Shown here in pieces: positions 21,628-32,347 of a stretch of DNA of 64,000 nucleotides (positions are counted from its first letter, which is position 1; every line of letters starts with the position of its first letter). The notes under the pieces are model-generated. The model saw only the letters and a program-made list of their open reading frames with translations. It was not told where the DNA came from and did not search any database. A program made the translations under genes and the position numbers. The stretch covers positions 294,542 through 358,541 of the forward strand of contig CAVVSN010000024.1 of the NCBI GenBank assembly GCA_963750885.1, given 5' to 3'. Source of the stretch: an uncultured Actinomycetota bacterium (GTDB lineage Bacteria > Actinomycetota > Actinomycetes > Mycobacteriales > Mycobacteriaceae).

Positions 21628-23468
21628 CTAGAACGCCTCTTCGCTCAGCTGCATGGCCGCGAGATCGACATTCGCCGCGATCTCGCGTTCTGCGGTCAGC
21701 CGCGGCAGCACGTTCTTGACGAAAAACTTTGCCGTAGCGACTTTTCCGGCGTAGAACGCGCTGTCCGCCGGACCGGGATCACCGTCGAGCGCGTTCAGCG
21801 CTGATCTCGGCCTGCCGAAGTAGCAGCCATCCGATCAGCAGGTCACCGACCGCGAGCAGGAATCGCACCGACTCCAGACCCACGCGGTAGAGCTCGCGGG
21901 CGTCTCTCCTGCGAGGCGATCAGATAACCAGTCATGGTGGCGACCCAGGCTTGCAGATCATCGAGCGCCGTGGCGAGTTGCGTACGGGCGTCGGCGAGTT
22001 CGGGCCGGGCTTCGGCGTTGTCGATGAATGCCTGGATCTGTGTGACGAGGTGGTTCAGCGCGACACCGTGGTCGCGGACGATCTTGCGAAAGAAGAAGTC
22101 CTGCGCCTGAATCGCGGTGGTGCCTTCGTAGAGGCTGTCGATCTTCGCGTCGCGAATGTATTGCTCCATCGGGTAGTCCTGCAGGAATCCGGACCCACCG
22201 AGCGTCTGCAGCGACTCGGTCAAACATTGATAAGCCCGTTCGGAGCCAACACCCTTCACGATCGGCAACAGCAGATCGTTGACCTTGTCGGCCATATCGG
22301 CGTCGGCGCCGGATACGACGGCGGCGACCGACGGGTCTTGGTGGGCCGCGGTGTAGAGATACAGCGCGCGTAACCCTTCGGCGTAGGCCTTCTGGGTCAG
22401 CAGCGCGCGACGCACGTCGGGGTGGTGGATGATGGTGACCCGCGGCGCGGCCTTGTCGGTCATCTGGGTGAGATCGGCGCCCTGGACGCGAGTCTTCGCG
22501 TAGTCCAACGCATTCAGGTAGCCCGTCGACAACGTTGCGATAGCCTTGGTGCCCACCATCATTCGGGCGTACTCGATGATCTTGAACATTTGCGCGATGC
22601 CGTTGTGGCGATCGCCGACCAGCCAGCCCGTCGCCGGGACACCATGCTGACCGAACGTCAATTCACATGTGGCCGAGACCTTCAGGCCCATCTTGTGTTC
22701 CAGACCCGGTGACGAACACACCGTTGCGCTCGCCGGGCTCACCGGTCTGCGGGTCGAGCAGGAATTTGGGGACCAGGAAAAGGCTCAGCCCCTTGGTGCC
22801 CGGCCCCGCGCCCTCGGGGCGGGCCAGCACCAAGTGCAGGATGTTCTCGAACACGTCATCGCTGTCGCCGCTGGTGATGAACCGCTTGACGCCGTCGATG
22901 TGCCACGTACCGTCGCCCTGATCGATCGCCTTGGTCCGACCGGCACCGACGTCGGACCCGGCGTCGGGTTCGGTGAGCACCATGGTGGCGCCCCAGTTGC
23001 GGTCGATGGCGAGCGACGCCCAATGCTGTTGCTGCTCATTGCCGATGCCGTAGAGGATGTTCGCCATAAACGGCCCGGCCACGTACATGAACACCGCAGG
23101 GTTGGCGCCGAGCACCAGCTCGTTGACGGCCCACTGCACCATCGACGGCGCCGGCACACCGCCGACCTCTTCGTCGAGCCCGACCCGGAACCACTCGCCC
23201 GTCCCGCCATGCGCTGCAGCGATTTTTTGAACGGATCCGGCAGCGTCACGACATGGGTGTCCGGGTCGAATGTCGGCGGATGACGGTCGCTTTCGGCGAA
23301 CGACTCGGCCACCGGTCCTTCGGCCAATCGGGCGGCCTCGGAAAACATCTGCCGTACCGAGTCGCCATCGAGGTCGCCGAATGCTTCGTCGGCAAGCACC
23401 TCGTCCAACTTCAGCGATTCGAACAGGTTGAACTCGAGGTCGCGCACGTTGCTCTTGTAGTGGCCCAT
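21628..23468 (-). CDS. Acyl-CoA dehydrogenase, FadE5/FadE15-like, about 5 indels
   Basis: [51 protein letters not shown], spread over several frames. Confidence 0.85.
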
Positions 23469-23587
23469 GGCTGACGCCTTTCGATCGCCTGGGCCGAGCT
23501 TAGCGCCGTCAGCGTCCCCGGAATTGGGCTTGGCGACGCTCGATGAACGACTGCACGCCTTCCTCGCGGTTGAGCGCACGAGGTGAA

Positions 23588-23603
23588 TATGTAATAGGGC
23601 ATA
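23588..23603. promoter_or_regulatory. TATG-N8-CATA inverted repeat, operator candidate 1
   Basis: TATGTAATAGGGCATA in the divergent fadE/sORF-TetR region. Confidence 0.5.
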
Positions 23604-23716
23604 AAACTTAATCAAGGCGCCTTCGGCTCACCGTGAAGTTTTCAGATTGTCAGTCTCTTTAGGTCTCTATCCAGCAACGGCAGGCCCTAGCGGTTGCTTG
23701 CTCGACGCGAGTCTTA

Positions 23717-23732
23717 TATGGTGTCTTACATA
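23717..23732. promoter_or_regulatory. TATG-N8-CATA inverted repeat, operator candidate 2
   Basis: TATGGTGTCTTACATA; same geometry as the 23588 site. Confidence 0.5.
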
Positions 23733-23748
23733 GTCCTCAGGAGAGATC

Positions 23749-23895
23749 ATGCTGATCGTCGAACTGAACGTCGCCGGCTACCGCTTGAGCGGTGAATGGG
23801 CGGGTCTGCGCCGCAACACGCTGCGACCCACGCGGTTCCACCCGCGATCCATTCAGTGGCGCATGCCGCAGCTTCGCCACACCCGCGCAGCCTGA
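23749..23895 (+). CDS. Small 48-aa protein, absent from the ORF track
   Basis: SD AGGAGAG then ATG; MLIVELNVAGYRLSGEWAGLRRNTLRPTRFHPRSIQWRMPQLRHTRAA*; ends 21 nt before the TetR start. Confidence 0.55.
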   Translation: MLIVELNVAGYRLSGEWAGLRRNTLRPTRFHPRSIQWRMPQLRHTRAA

Positions 23896-23916
23896 CAACC
23901 GGGTGGTAGCCCACGC

Positions 23917-24544
23917 ATGACAATCGCGACACAAGCACGCCGCAAGCGCGGCGATACCCGGACCAAGATGCTGATCAGCGCCGCCGAAGTGATGCGCGAA
24001 CGCGGCGCCGCGGGCGTAACCATCGACGAGATCCTCACCCGCAGCGGCGCACCCCGCGGCTCGGTCTACTACCACTTCCCCAACGGCCGTAATCAGATCC
24101 TCGCCGAAGCATTGCATTACGCCGGAGATGCGATCACCGCCGACATCGACGACGCCGCCGGCCGCGGCGCCAAGGTATTGCTCCGACAGTTCGTCGACTT
24201 CTGGGAACGGGTGCTCGCCGAAAGCGACTACCACGCCGGCTGCCCGGTGGTCGCCGCGGCGATCGGCTCAGCCGAAGACGAAGTTAGGTTGGCCGCCGAG
24301 GCGGCGCGGATCTTCGCGCACTGGCGTACGGCCCTGGCGTGGGCATTCGTCGCCGACGGCTTCGCGGAGCCGGATGCCGAGTCGCTGGCGGTGATGTCGA
24401 TCGCGGCGCTGGAGGGCGCGGTCGTGCTGTGCCGGTCCAGCCGCAGCATCGACCCGTTGCACAAGGTTTACGAGCAACTCGAATTCCTGGTCAAGGCAAG
24501 GGAATTCGTCCGTCGCAACGGAGTTCCCGGACAGACGAATCTGA
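23917..24544 (+). CDS. TetR-family regulator (LmrA/YxaF-like); true stop probably 24542-24544 after a +1 indel
   Basis: SGAPRGSVYYHFP HTH, GCPVVAAA, LEGAVVLCR. Confidence 0.85.
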
Positions 24545-24588
24545 TCCCGCCTTCTCCTCAGACCGCTACGCGGTGTGCATCGTCGGCG

Positions 24589-24885
24589 CTAGTCGCTGGC
24601 CGGCAGCGGCTTGGCTTCCTTGAGGCTCAACGCAGTCTCACCCACCGCCAAGGTCCCGGCGCCGGCCTTGGTGACCAGCACCTCGGCGCCCGCGTCGTCC
24701 ACATAGCGCTTGCCCATTATCGCGCCGTCGGAGAACGCTGGATCCAGCTCGCCGGAACGCTCGGCACCCAACTCCACCATCGGCGCCCCACCGCAGCGCA
24801 GATCATCGAGGCTGTCAGCGCTGCGGACGACGATCACCTGGGTGTCGCAGACCTGGCTCGCCAGCCGGGTTCCGTTCTTGATCAT
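24589..24885 (-). CDS. Small protein with an internal duplication, directly downstream of an acyl-CoA ligase
   Basis: GTRLASQVCDTQVIVVR...LRCGGAPM and GKRYVDDAGAEVLVTKAGAG repeats; SD GAGG. Confidence 0.75.
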   Translation of the reverse strand: MIKNGTRLASQVCDTQVIVVRSADSLDDLRCGGAPMVELGAERSGELDPAFSDGAIMGKRYVDDAGAEVLVTKAGAGTLAVGETALSLKEAKPLPASD

Positions 24886-24905
24886 GATTTCGATCCTCGG
24901 TTCGT

Positions 24906-26424
24906 TTACTGCTCGGCCGGAGCGGCGCGAAGCTCTTCGACGATGTCGCGGCGAAGCACCTTGCCCGTCGCGTTGGTGGGCAGCTCGTCGCGAAAGACTA
25001 CCCGGTCAGGGGTCCGCGACCCCCGCAAACTCTTGCGGACATGCTCCCGCAATTCCTCGGCGTCAGGGTCGGCTCCGACGGCCGGCACCACGACCGCGAC
25101 GATCGCCTGCCCCCACTGCGGATCCTCGACCCCGACGACCACAACCTCGCGCACATGCGGGTGCTCGACGAGCACATCTTCCAACTCGGCGGGCGCGATG
25201 TTCTCCCCGCCGCGGATGATGGTGTCGTCGCTGCGGCCACCGATGAAGAGGTAGCCGCCCGCGTCAAGGGTGGCGATGTCCTTGGTCGGGAACCACCCCT
25301 CCGCGTCGAGCACCGAGCCGATCCCGGTGTAGCGACCCGATACCTGCTCACCGCGGACGAACAGCTCGCCGGTCTGCCCCGCCGGCAGCACCGCGCCGTC
25401 CTCGCCGCGGATCTGCACCTCGACGCTCGGCACCGGCTGGCCTACCGAACCCAACCGCTTCAGCACGGCCGGGTCGTCGGCGCGCCTGAGCCTCGCGGTG
25501 GTCGTCGGGCGTCAGTACGGCGATCGTCGAACTCGTCTCGGTCAATCCATAGGCATTGACGAAACCGACGTGCGGCAACAGTTCCAGGGCCTTGCGCACC
25601 AGCGGCAACGGCACCTTCGAACCGCCGTAGGCCAGATTGCGCAGCGACGGCAGCCGATGCCCGCCACCTTCCAAGACCGTGACGATCCGGTCCAGCATGG
25701 TCGGGACCACCGTCGCGCTGGTCACGTGCTCGGCGTCGATCAGACGCAGCCACTCTTGCGCGTCGAACACCGGCAGATAGACCATCTTGCGGCCCGCGTA
25801 GAGATTCGACAGGGCCGCGCTGACACCGGCGATGTGGTACGGCGGGACGCAGATCAGCGCGGCATCGGTCTCCTCGGCGGACCCGAATTCGACTGTGCCC
25901 GTGACGTAACTGGTCAGGTTGTTGTGGGTGAGCTCGACGGCTTTGGGCTGCGACGTGGTGCCCGAGGTGAACAGCACGATGCCCACCGAGTCCGGGTCGG
26001 CAAACTCCACAACCGGCTCGGCGTCGCGAGCCTGCGCCAGAAAGTCGTCGGACAGGATTACCTGCTTGGCGGCACTTTCGAGTCCGGCCGACCCACCCAG
26101 CTCGTCGAGGTAGCGGCTGTCGGCGACCACCAGTGGATCGGGCAGTCGCGCGATCAGCGTCTTGATGCCCTCGGCCGAGAGCCGGTAGTTGATCGGCGTG
26201 AACGTCAAACCGGCCCGCGCCGACGCGAACATCAGCAAGGGCAGCATCGCGCCGCCGAGGCCGACGTAGACGACGTGCGAAGCCTGCGAGCGGGCGATGA
26301 TTCCGGCGCCGCCGTCGGCCAGATCGCTGAGCTGCTGCGCTGTCAGCCGGACATCCCCGGAGACGACGGCCGTCCGCTCGGGATCGCTCGAGCTGGCCAT
26401 CTCGAGAAGTAACGAAATACTCAC
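24906..26424 (-). CDS. AMP-forming acyl-CoA ligase (FadD-like), indel near 25482
   Basis: FTSGTTSQPK, YGLTET, GGENIAPAELE, PTNATGK. Confidence 0.87.
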
Positions 26425-26621
26425 GCTCGCTCTCTCTGTGCTGTCGGCACGTTACAAAAATTGGCAGGAGTGTCATGCAAGTTTAGATGACGTCACAATG
26501 TCGACCCGCGTCGTGGCCGATGTCACTACGACGATGCCGTTTACCTGCGGACGAGTGGGCTACCCGGTCCGAGTTCGCCAGTAGTTGACCAAGCAACCAC
26601 GAGCGAGTTGGGAACATCGCT

Positions 26622-27617
26622 TTGACGACCTTCACCGCAGATCTATCGCCCACACACTCCACCTTCACCAGGATGCGCGCCGGGATAGCGGGCGCCATGC
26701 TCGCCGAGTTCTTCGGCACCTTCGTGCTATTGCTGCTCGGCCTCGGCACCTGCGCAGTGAACACCGTCGGCCTGCCCGGTTCAGGGCGGCAGACCGTTCC
26801 GTTCGGCCCGGACAACTGGCTGATCAATGTCTTCGGCTGGGCGTTCGCCGTGATGCTGGCGGCCTACGTCTCCGGCGGCATCAGCGGTGCGCACTTCAAC
26901 CCGGCGGTCACACTGGCTTTCGCCGTCGCGCGAAAGTTCGATTGGCGCAATGTCATTCCCTATTGGGTGGCCCAGATCGCCGGCGCTTTCTGCGGAGCCG
27001 CGGCCGTCTACGCCGTGTATCGGCCCGCAATCGAGGCCCACGACGCCGGCATAGCCCGAGCGGATGCGATGGACACCTACGGGATTTTCGCGACCTCTCC
27101 CGCCCAGTACTTTCACGGCGGCTACGTCGGGCCGGTTGTCGACCAGTTGGTCGGTACCGCGATCCTCGTCGTGCTGATCGCGGCGTTGATCGACAACCGC
27201 AACCAGGCGCCCGCCGGCAACCTGGCGCCACTGCTGATCGGCTTCATCATCGCGGTGATCGGCTGCTCCTACGGCACCAACGCCGGGTACGCGCTCAACC
27301 CGGCTCGCGAAATCGGTCCGCGGGTGTTCGCCTGGCTCGAGGGCTGGGGGAAGTTGGCGTTGCCCGGCAATTACGGGCAGACCACCAACTACTGGTGGAT
27401 CCCGGTGTTCATGCCGCTGTTCGGCGCCGTCGCCGGCATCCTGCTGTACGACTTCTTCATCGGCCACGTGCTGGATGCGCGCGCAGCGATGATGCGTACC
27501 CCGGAGCCGGGTCTGGCGCCGGTTCCCAGCACCGACGCCGCGTCGGGGGTGGCCGGTCCGGTCACCGCCGAGGACAGCGCCGAGGCCGAGGAACTCGACG
27601 AGGATCGGGCCGCCTGA
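26622..27617 (+). CDS. glpF: MIP-family channel, aquaglyceroporin (GlpF-type)
   Basis: AEFFGT, SGAHFNPAVT, GYALNPAREIGPR, YWWIPV. Confidence 0.88.
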   Translation: MTTFTADLSPTHSTFTRMRAGIAGAMLAEFFGTFVLLLLGLGTCAVNTVGLPGSGRQTVPFGPDNWLINVFGWAFAVMLAAYVSGGISGAHFNPAVTLAFAVARKFDWRNVIPYWVAQIAGAFCGAAAVYAVYRPAIEAHDAGIARADAMDTYGIFATSPAQYFHGGYVGPVVDQLVGTAILVVLIAALIDNRNQAPAGNLAPLLIGFIIAVIGCSYGTNAGYALNPAREIGPRVFAWLEGWGKLALPGNYGQTTNYWWIPVFMPLFGAVAGILLYDFFIGHVLDARAAMMRTPEPGLAPVPSTDAASGVAGPVTAEDSAEAEELDEDRAA

Positions 27618-27619
27618 GC

Positions 27620-28399
27620 TCAGGTGCCGGTCCAGCGGGCCGGCCGCTTCTCGGCGAACGCGATCGCGCCTTCCTTGGCGTCGTTGGAGCCGAACACCGG
27701 CATCAGGATCTTGTTCTGCTCGCCGAACTGAGTGTCCGGGCTCCAGCCGCGGGATTCGACGATGATCCGCTTGGTGGCGGCCACGGCCAGCGGACCGTTG
27801 ACGGTGATCCGCTCGGCCAGCTCGATCGCCGCGTCCAGCGCGCCGCCGGGTTCGGTGAGCACGTTGACCATGCCCAGCGCGTGAGCCCGCTCGGCGGTGA
27901 AGGCTTCGCCCGTCAGCGCCAACTCCATCGCGATCGCCGGTGGGATGCGCGCGGGCAGGCGCAGCAGCCCACCGCCGCCGGCCACCAGCCCGCGCTTGAC
28001 CTCGGGAATGCCGAACGACGCGTCCTTGGACGCCACGATCAGGTCGGTGGCCAGCGCCAACTCGGTGCCACCGGCCAGCGCGTAGCCCTCGACCGCGGCG
28101 ATGAGCGGCTTGTCCGGCCCGCGCTCGGTGAAGCCCATCCCGCGGCCCTCGACGATGGGAACTTCGCCGCGGGCGAACGCCTTGAGGTCCATGCCTGCAC
28201 AGAACGTTCCACCCGCTCCGGTCACGATGCCCACCGATAGTCCGGGATCGCCGTCGAGCCGGTCCACCGCGTCGGCCAAACCGTGGGCCACCGCGGAGTT
28301 GACCGCGTTCTTGGCCTTGGGCCGGTTGATGGTGATGATCAGGATCCGGTCCCGCTGCTCGACGAGGACTTCGGGTTCTGCGGCTTCTTCAGTGCTCAC
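27620..28399 (-). CDS. echA1: Enoyl-CoA hydratase (Rv0222 ortholog)
   Basis: FCAGMDLK, ALAGGTELAL, IPEVKRGL; synteny. Confidence 0.88.
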   Translation of the reverse strand: MSTEEAAEPEVLVEQRDRILIITINRPKAKNAVNSAVAHGLADAVDRLDGDPGLSVGIVTGAGGTFCAGMDLKAFARGEVPIVEGRGMGFTERGPDKPLIAAVEGYALAGGTELALATDLIVASKDASFGIPEVKRGLVAGGGGLLRLPARIPPAIAMELALTGEAFTAERAHALGMVNVLTEPGGALDAAIELAERITVNGPLAVAATKRIIVESRGWSPDTQFGEQNKILMPVFGSNDAKEGAIAFAEKRPARWTGT

Positions 28400-28486
28400 G
28401 GCGGTGTGCGCTCCTTTGAATTATGTGAAAGGTGTCTGTCGAGAGATGGTATCGAGCCGTTGCGGCTCGGCTAGCATCACAGCCAA

Positions 28487-29293
28487 ATGGCTGCGACCGA
28501 TATCGAACCCAGCGAGCTGTCCAAGTGGGATCCCGGGCTCACCGAACGCGTGATGGGCTGGCTGCGTCCGTTGATCAAGGGCTACCACCGCGCCGAGGTG
28601 CGCGGGCTGGAGTCGTTCCCGCCGGGCGGCGCGCTGGTGGTGGCGAACCATTCCGGCGGACTGTTCCCGATGGACGTCCCGGTGTTCGCCACCGGCTTCT
28701 ACGAGCACTTCGGCTACGACCGTCCGGTCTACACGCTCAGCCACGACATCATCTTCACCGGACCCACCGGCGAGTTCTTCCGCCGCACCGGCTTCATCCG
28801 GGCCAACCACGAAAATGCCGACGAGGCATTGCGATCCGGCGGCGTGGTGGTGGTGTTCCCCGGCGGCGACTACGACGTCTACCGACCGACGTTGTCGGAG
28901 AACGTGATTGACTTCGACGGGCGCACCGGTTACATCAGGGCGGCGATCAACGCCGGGGTGCCGATCGTTCCGGCGGTGGCGATCGGCGGCCAGGAAAGCC
29001 AGCTTTACCTGTCCCGCGGAATCGGGCTGGCCAAGGCGCTGCGACTGGACAAACTGATGCGGGTGAAAATCCTGCCGATCTCGGTGGGCTTTCCGTTCGG
29101 CCTGTCCGCGGTGCTGCCGGTCAATGTCCCGCTGCCGACCAAGATCGTGATGCAGGTGCTCGAACCGATCGACGTGACAGCGGAATTCGGCGAAGAGCCC
29201 GACATCGACACGGTCGACTCCCACATCCGGCGCGTCATGCAGAAGGCGCTCGACGGGCTGGCCAAACAACGTCGCCTGCCGGTAATCGGGTAG
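28487..29293 (+). CDS. Lysophospholipid/glycerol acyltransferase (PlsC-like)
   Basis: ANHSGG...MD (HX-D), VFPGG motifs. Confidence 0.85.
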   Translation: MAATDIEPSELSKWDPGLTERVMGWLRPLIKGYHRAEVRGLESFPPGGALVVANHSGGLFPMDVPVFATGFYEHFGYDRPVYTLSHDIIFTGPTGEFFRRTGFIRANHENADEALRSGGVVVVFPGGDYDVYRPTLSENVIDFDGRTGYIRAAINAGVPIVPAVAIGGQESQLYLSRGIGLAKALRLDKLMRVKILPISVGFPFGLSAVLPVNVPLPTKIVMQVLEPIDVTAEFGEEPDIDTVDSHIRRVMQKALDGLAKQRRLPVIG

Positions 29294-29300
29294 CAGCGCG

Positions 29301-30913
29301 ATGGCAGCGCTCGGTCTGCTGGGCAGCATGGTCCGCGCAGGGATCATCGCGCCGATGCGGCCCGACAAGTATCTGCGCATCGTCGGGGTGGTCCGCCGCG
29401 AAGGACTCGCTGTCACAAGCGGATTCGCGATGTCGGCGCAGCGCTGCCCGAACCGTCCCGCGTTGATCGACGAACTGGGCTCGCTGACCTACCGTCAACT
29501 CGACGAGCGCGCCAACGCGCTGACCGCTGCACTGCAGGGGTTGCCCGCCGGCACCCCGGAGGTGGTGGCGATCATGTGCCGCAACCATCGTGGCTTCGTC
29601 GAGGCGTTGATCGCCGCCAACCGGATCGGCGCCGACGTGCTGCTACTCAACACATCGTTCGCCGGCCCCGCGTTGGCCGACGTGGTCAATCGCGAGGGCG
29701 CGGACGCGGTGATCTTCGACGAGGAGTTCACCGAGTCGGTGGACCGCGCGCTGGCCGACAAGCCCGACACCACCCGCATCGTCGCGTGGACCGACCATCC
29801 GGAGCAGCACGACGTCACCGTCGAGAAGCTGATCGCCACTCACCTCGGCAAGCGACCCGCCAAGGTGGATCGCAAGGGCAAGATGATCCTGCTGACGTCG
29901 GGAACGACCGGTAACCCCAAGGGCGCTAAGCATTCCGGTGGCGGCGCAACGGAACTCAAGGCGATCCTCGACCGGGTGCCGTGGCACACCGAAGAGACGA
30001 CCGTTGTCGTGGCACCGATGTTTCACGCCTGGGGCTTCTCGCAACTGATCTTCGCCGCGTCGCTGGGTTGCACGGTGGTCGACCCGGCGCAAGTTCGACC
30101 CGGAGGCCACGCTGGATCTCATCGACCGTCATCAGGCCACCGGCCTCTGCGTGGTGCCGGTGATGTTCGACCGGATCATGGATCTGCCCGACGATGTGCG
30201 CCGCCGCTACAGCGGTCGCTCGCTGCGGTTCGCCACCGCATCCGGTTCGCGGATGCGGCCCGATGTCGTCACGAAGTTCATGGACGAGTTCGGCGACATC
30301 CTTTACAACAACTACAACGCCACCGAAGCGGGGATGATCGCCACCGCGACACCTGAGGATCTGCGCGCCGCACCCGATACCGCCGGAAAACCCGCTGTGG
30401 GCACCGAGATTCGCATTCTGGACTCCGAGCATCAGCTCGGTGCCTACCGGCGAGGTCGGTCAGATCTTCGTCCGCAACTCCAACCGCTTCGACGGCTACA
30501 CCTCCGGCGCCGGCAGGAATTTTCACGACGGATTCATGGCATCCGGCGACGTCGGCCGACTCGATGAGGCCGGGCGACTCTACGTCGTAGGTCGCGACGA
30601 CGAGATGATCGTGTCCGGCGGCGAGAACGTCTACCCGATCGAGGTGGAGAAGACGCTGGCCGCGCACTCCGATGTCGCCGAAGCCACCGTGCTCGGTGTC
30701 GACGACGAGCAGTACGGGCAACGACTGGCGGCGTTTGTGGTGTTGACGCCGGCCGCGTCAGTCACCGTCGACGATCTCAAGCAACACGTCCGCGACAATC
30801 TGGCCAACTACAAAGTGCCGCGCGAGATCATCGTGCTGGACGAATTGCCGCGCAGCAGCACCGGCAAGATCTCGCGGCGTGACCTCCATGGCCATCTGGA
30901 AGGTCAGGCCTGA
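29301..30913 (+). CDS. Acyl-CoA ligase, FadD12-like, two indels
   Basis: LTSGTTGNPKG, YNATE, SGDVG, GGENVYPIEVE, PRSSTGK across three frames. Confidence 0.85.
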
Positions 30914-32321
30914 GCCAGCGCTCCTTCGATCACCGTCAGCTTCTCGGAAAGCCCTGCGGCTCGCCGGATTTCGATGAGCTCATCGATGACGGCCTCGGTC
31001 ACCTCATGCGGATCGTCGACCGTGGCGCCGTCGGCGAGCACCGAAACGTTCAGCTGGTCAACGTAACTCCACACGGTGATGTTCAGACCGCTTCCGGTGG
31101 TCAACGGTCCCACCGAATAGATCTCGGTGACCATGGCGCCGCCGACCCGGCCGTGCTCACGCGGACCCGGGACGTTGGAGATCGGCAGGTTGAGCACCTT
31201 GTTCTGGCCGTCGCGGCTGGCCAGCCAACGGAACAGCGACTCCGACGGCCCCGGCGGAAAGTAAGCCGCCCATCGGCTGACGAGTTCCGGGCCGAGCAAG
31301 TGATGGCTTTCCTTGGCGTCGACCGCGTAATCGTGCGCCCGCTTCACCCGCTCCAACGGATCGTCGACGTCGGCGGGCAGCGCCACCATCATTCCGGTGA
31401 ACAGGTTTCCCGAGACGCGGTCCGGTGAGAAGTCGAAGCTCACCGGCACCGACGCCAGCAGCGGGAGGTCGGACACGCCGTCGTAGCGGAGCCGCAGCTT
31501 GCGCAACGCCCCCGCCGACAGCGCCAACACCATGTCGTTGATCGTGACGCCGAGCGCCTTACCGGTCTCCTTGACATCGCTCAGCGCCAAAGTTGCTGTC
31601 GCGAAACGACGTTCGGGGGTGAGCATGTGGTTCAGAACGTCGGCGGCGGCGTGAACGGCATCGTCAACTCCGGGGACAGCTTGCGCGAGCTGCGACGCAC
31701 CCGGTTGATGCCCTTCGCGGTGTAGCCGATGGTCCCTGGGATCCGCCCGATGTGGCGCATGTGATCGGCAAACGCCGACCGCACCAGCTCCCCGGTCGAC
31801 GGCGTCGGATCGGGCGCGTACCGGGCTTCGCCGTTCTGCGGCCCCGGCGCCAGATCCATCCCGCGCGCCAACAGGTTCGCCGCGGCCACCCCGTCGGCCA
31901 GTGCGTGGTGGACCTTGCCTACCACCGCGATCCGGTTGTCGGCCAAGCCTTCGACGAAGTACATCTCCCACAGCGGATGGTCGCGGTCCAACGGCGTGCT
32001 GGCGATCTCGCCGATCGCCTCATCCAATTCACGGCGGCCGCCCGGTGCCCGCAGACGCCATGGGCGCACGTGATAGGTCAGGTCGACGTCGCAGTTTTCC
32101 CGCCACATCGGATGGTGCAACTTGAGCGGAATGTCAACCAGCTGATAGCAAAACGGCTCCAGCTTGTACAGCCGACTGTGGATCACCCGGCGGAATGCGT
32201 CGATGTCGAAGTCACGACGGTCGGAGTCCAACTCGATCACAGCGATCTTGAGCGTGTGCATGTGCACATTCGGCGTTTCGCTGTACAGCAGTACCGCATC
32301 CCAGCCGCTCAGCCGCTTCAT
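30904..32321 (-). CDS. Wax ester/triacylglycerol synthase (Rv0221 ortholog), indel near 31635
   Basis: MKRLSGWDA start, HHALADG catalytic motif, ISNVPGP. Confidence 0.88.
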
Positions 32322-32347
32322 GGGAGCGACCCTCAACCGCGCGGCGG

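Noticed and set aside
23917-25254. Apparent 445-aa TetR with a long C-terminal extension
   Set aside because: Read-through from a probable +1 indel; a stop lies one base out of frame at 24542 and the extension is antisense to real genes.
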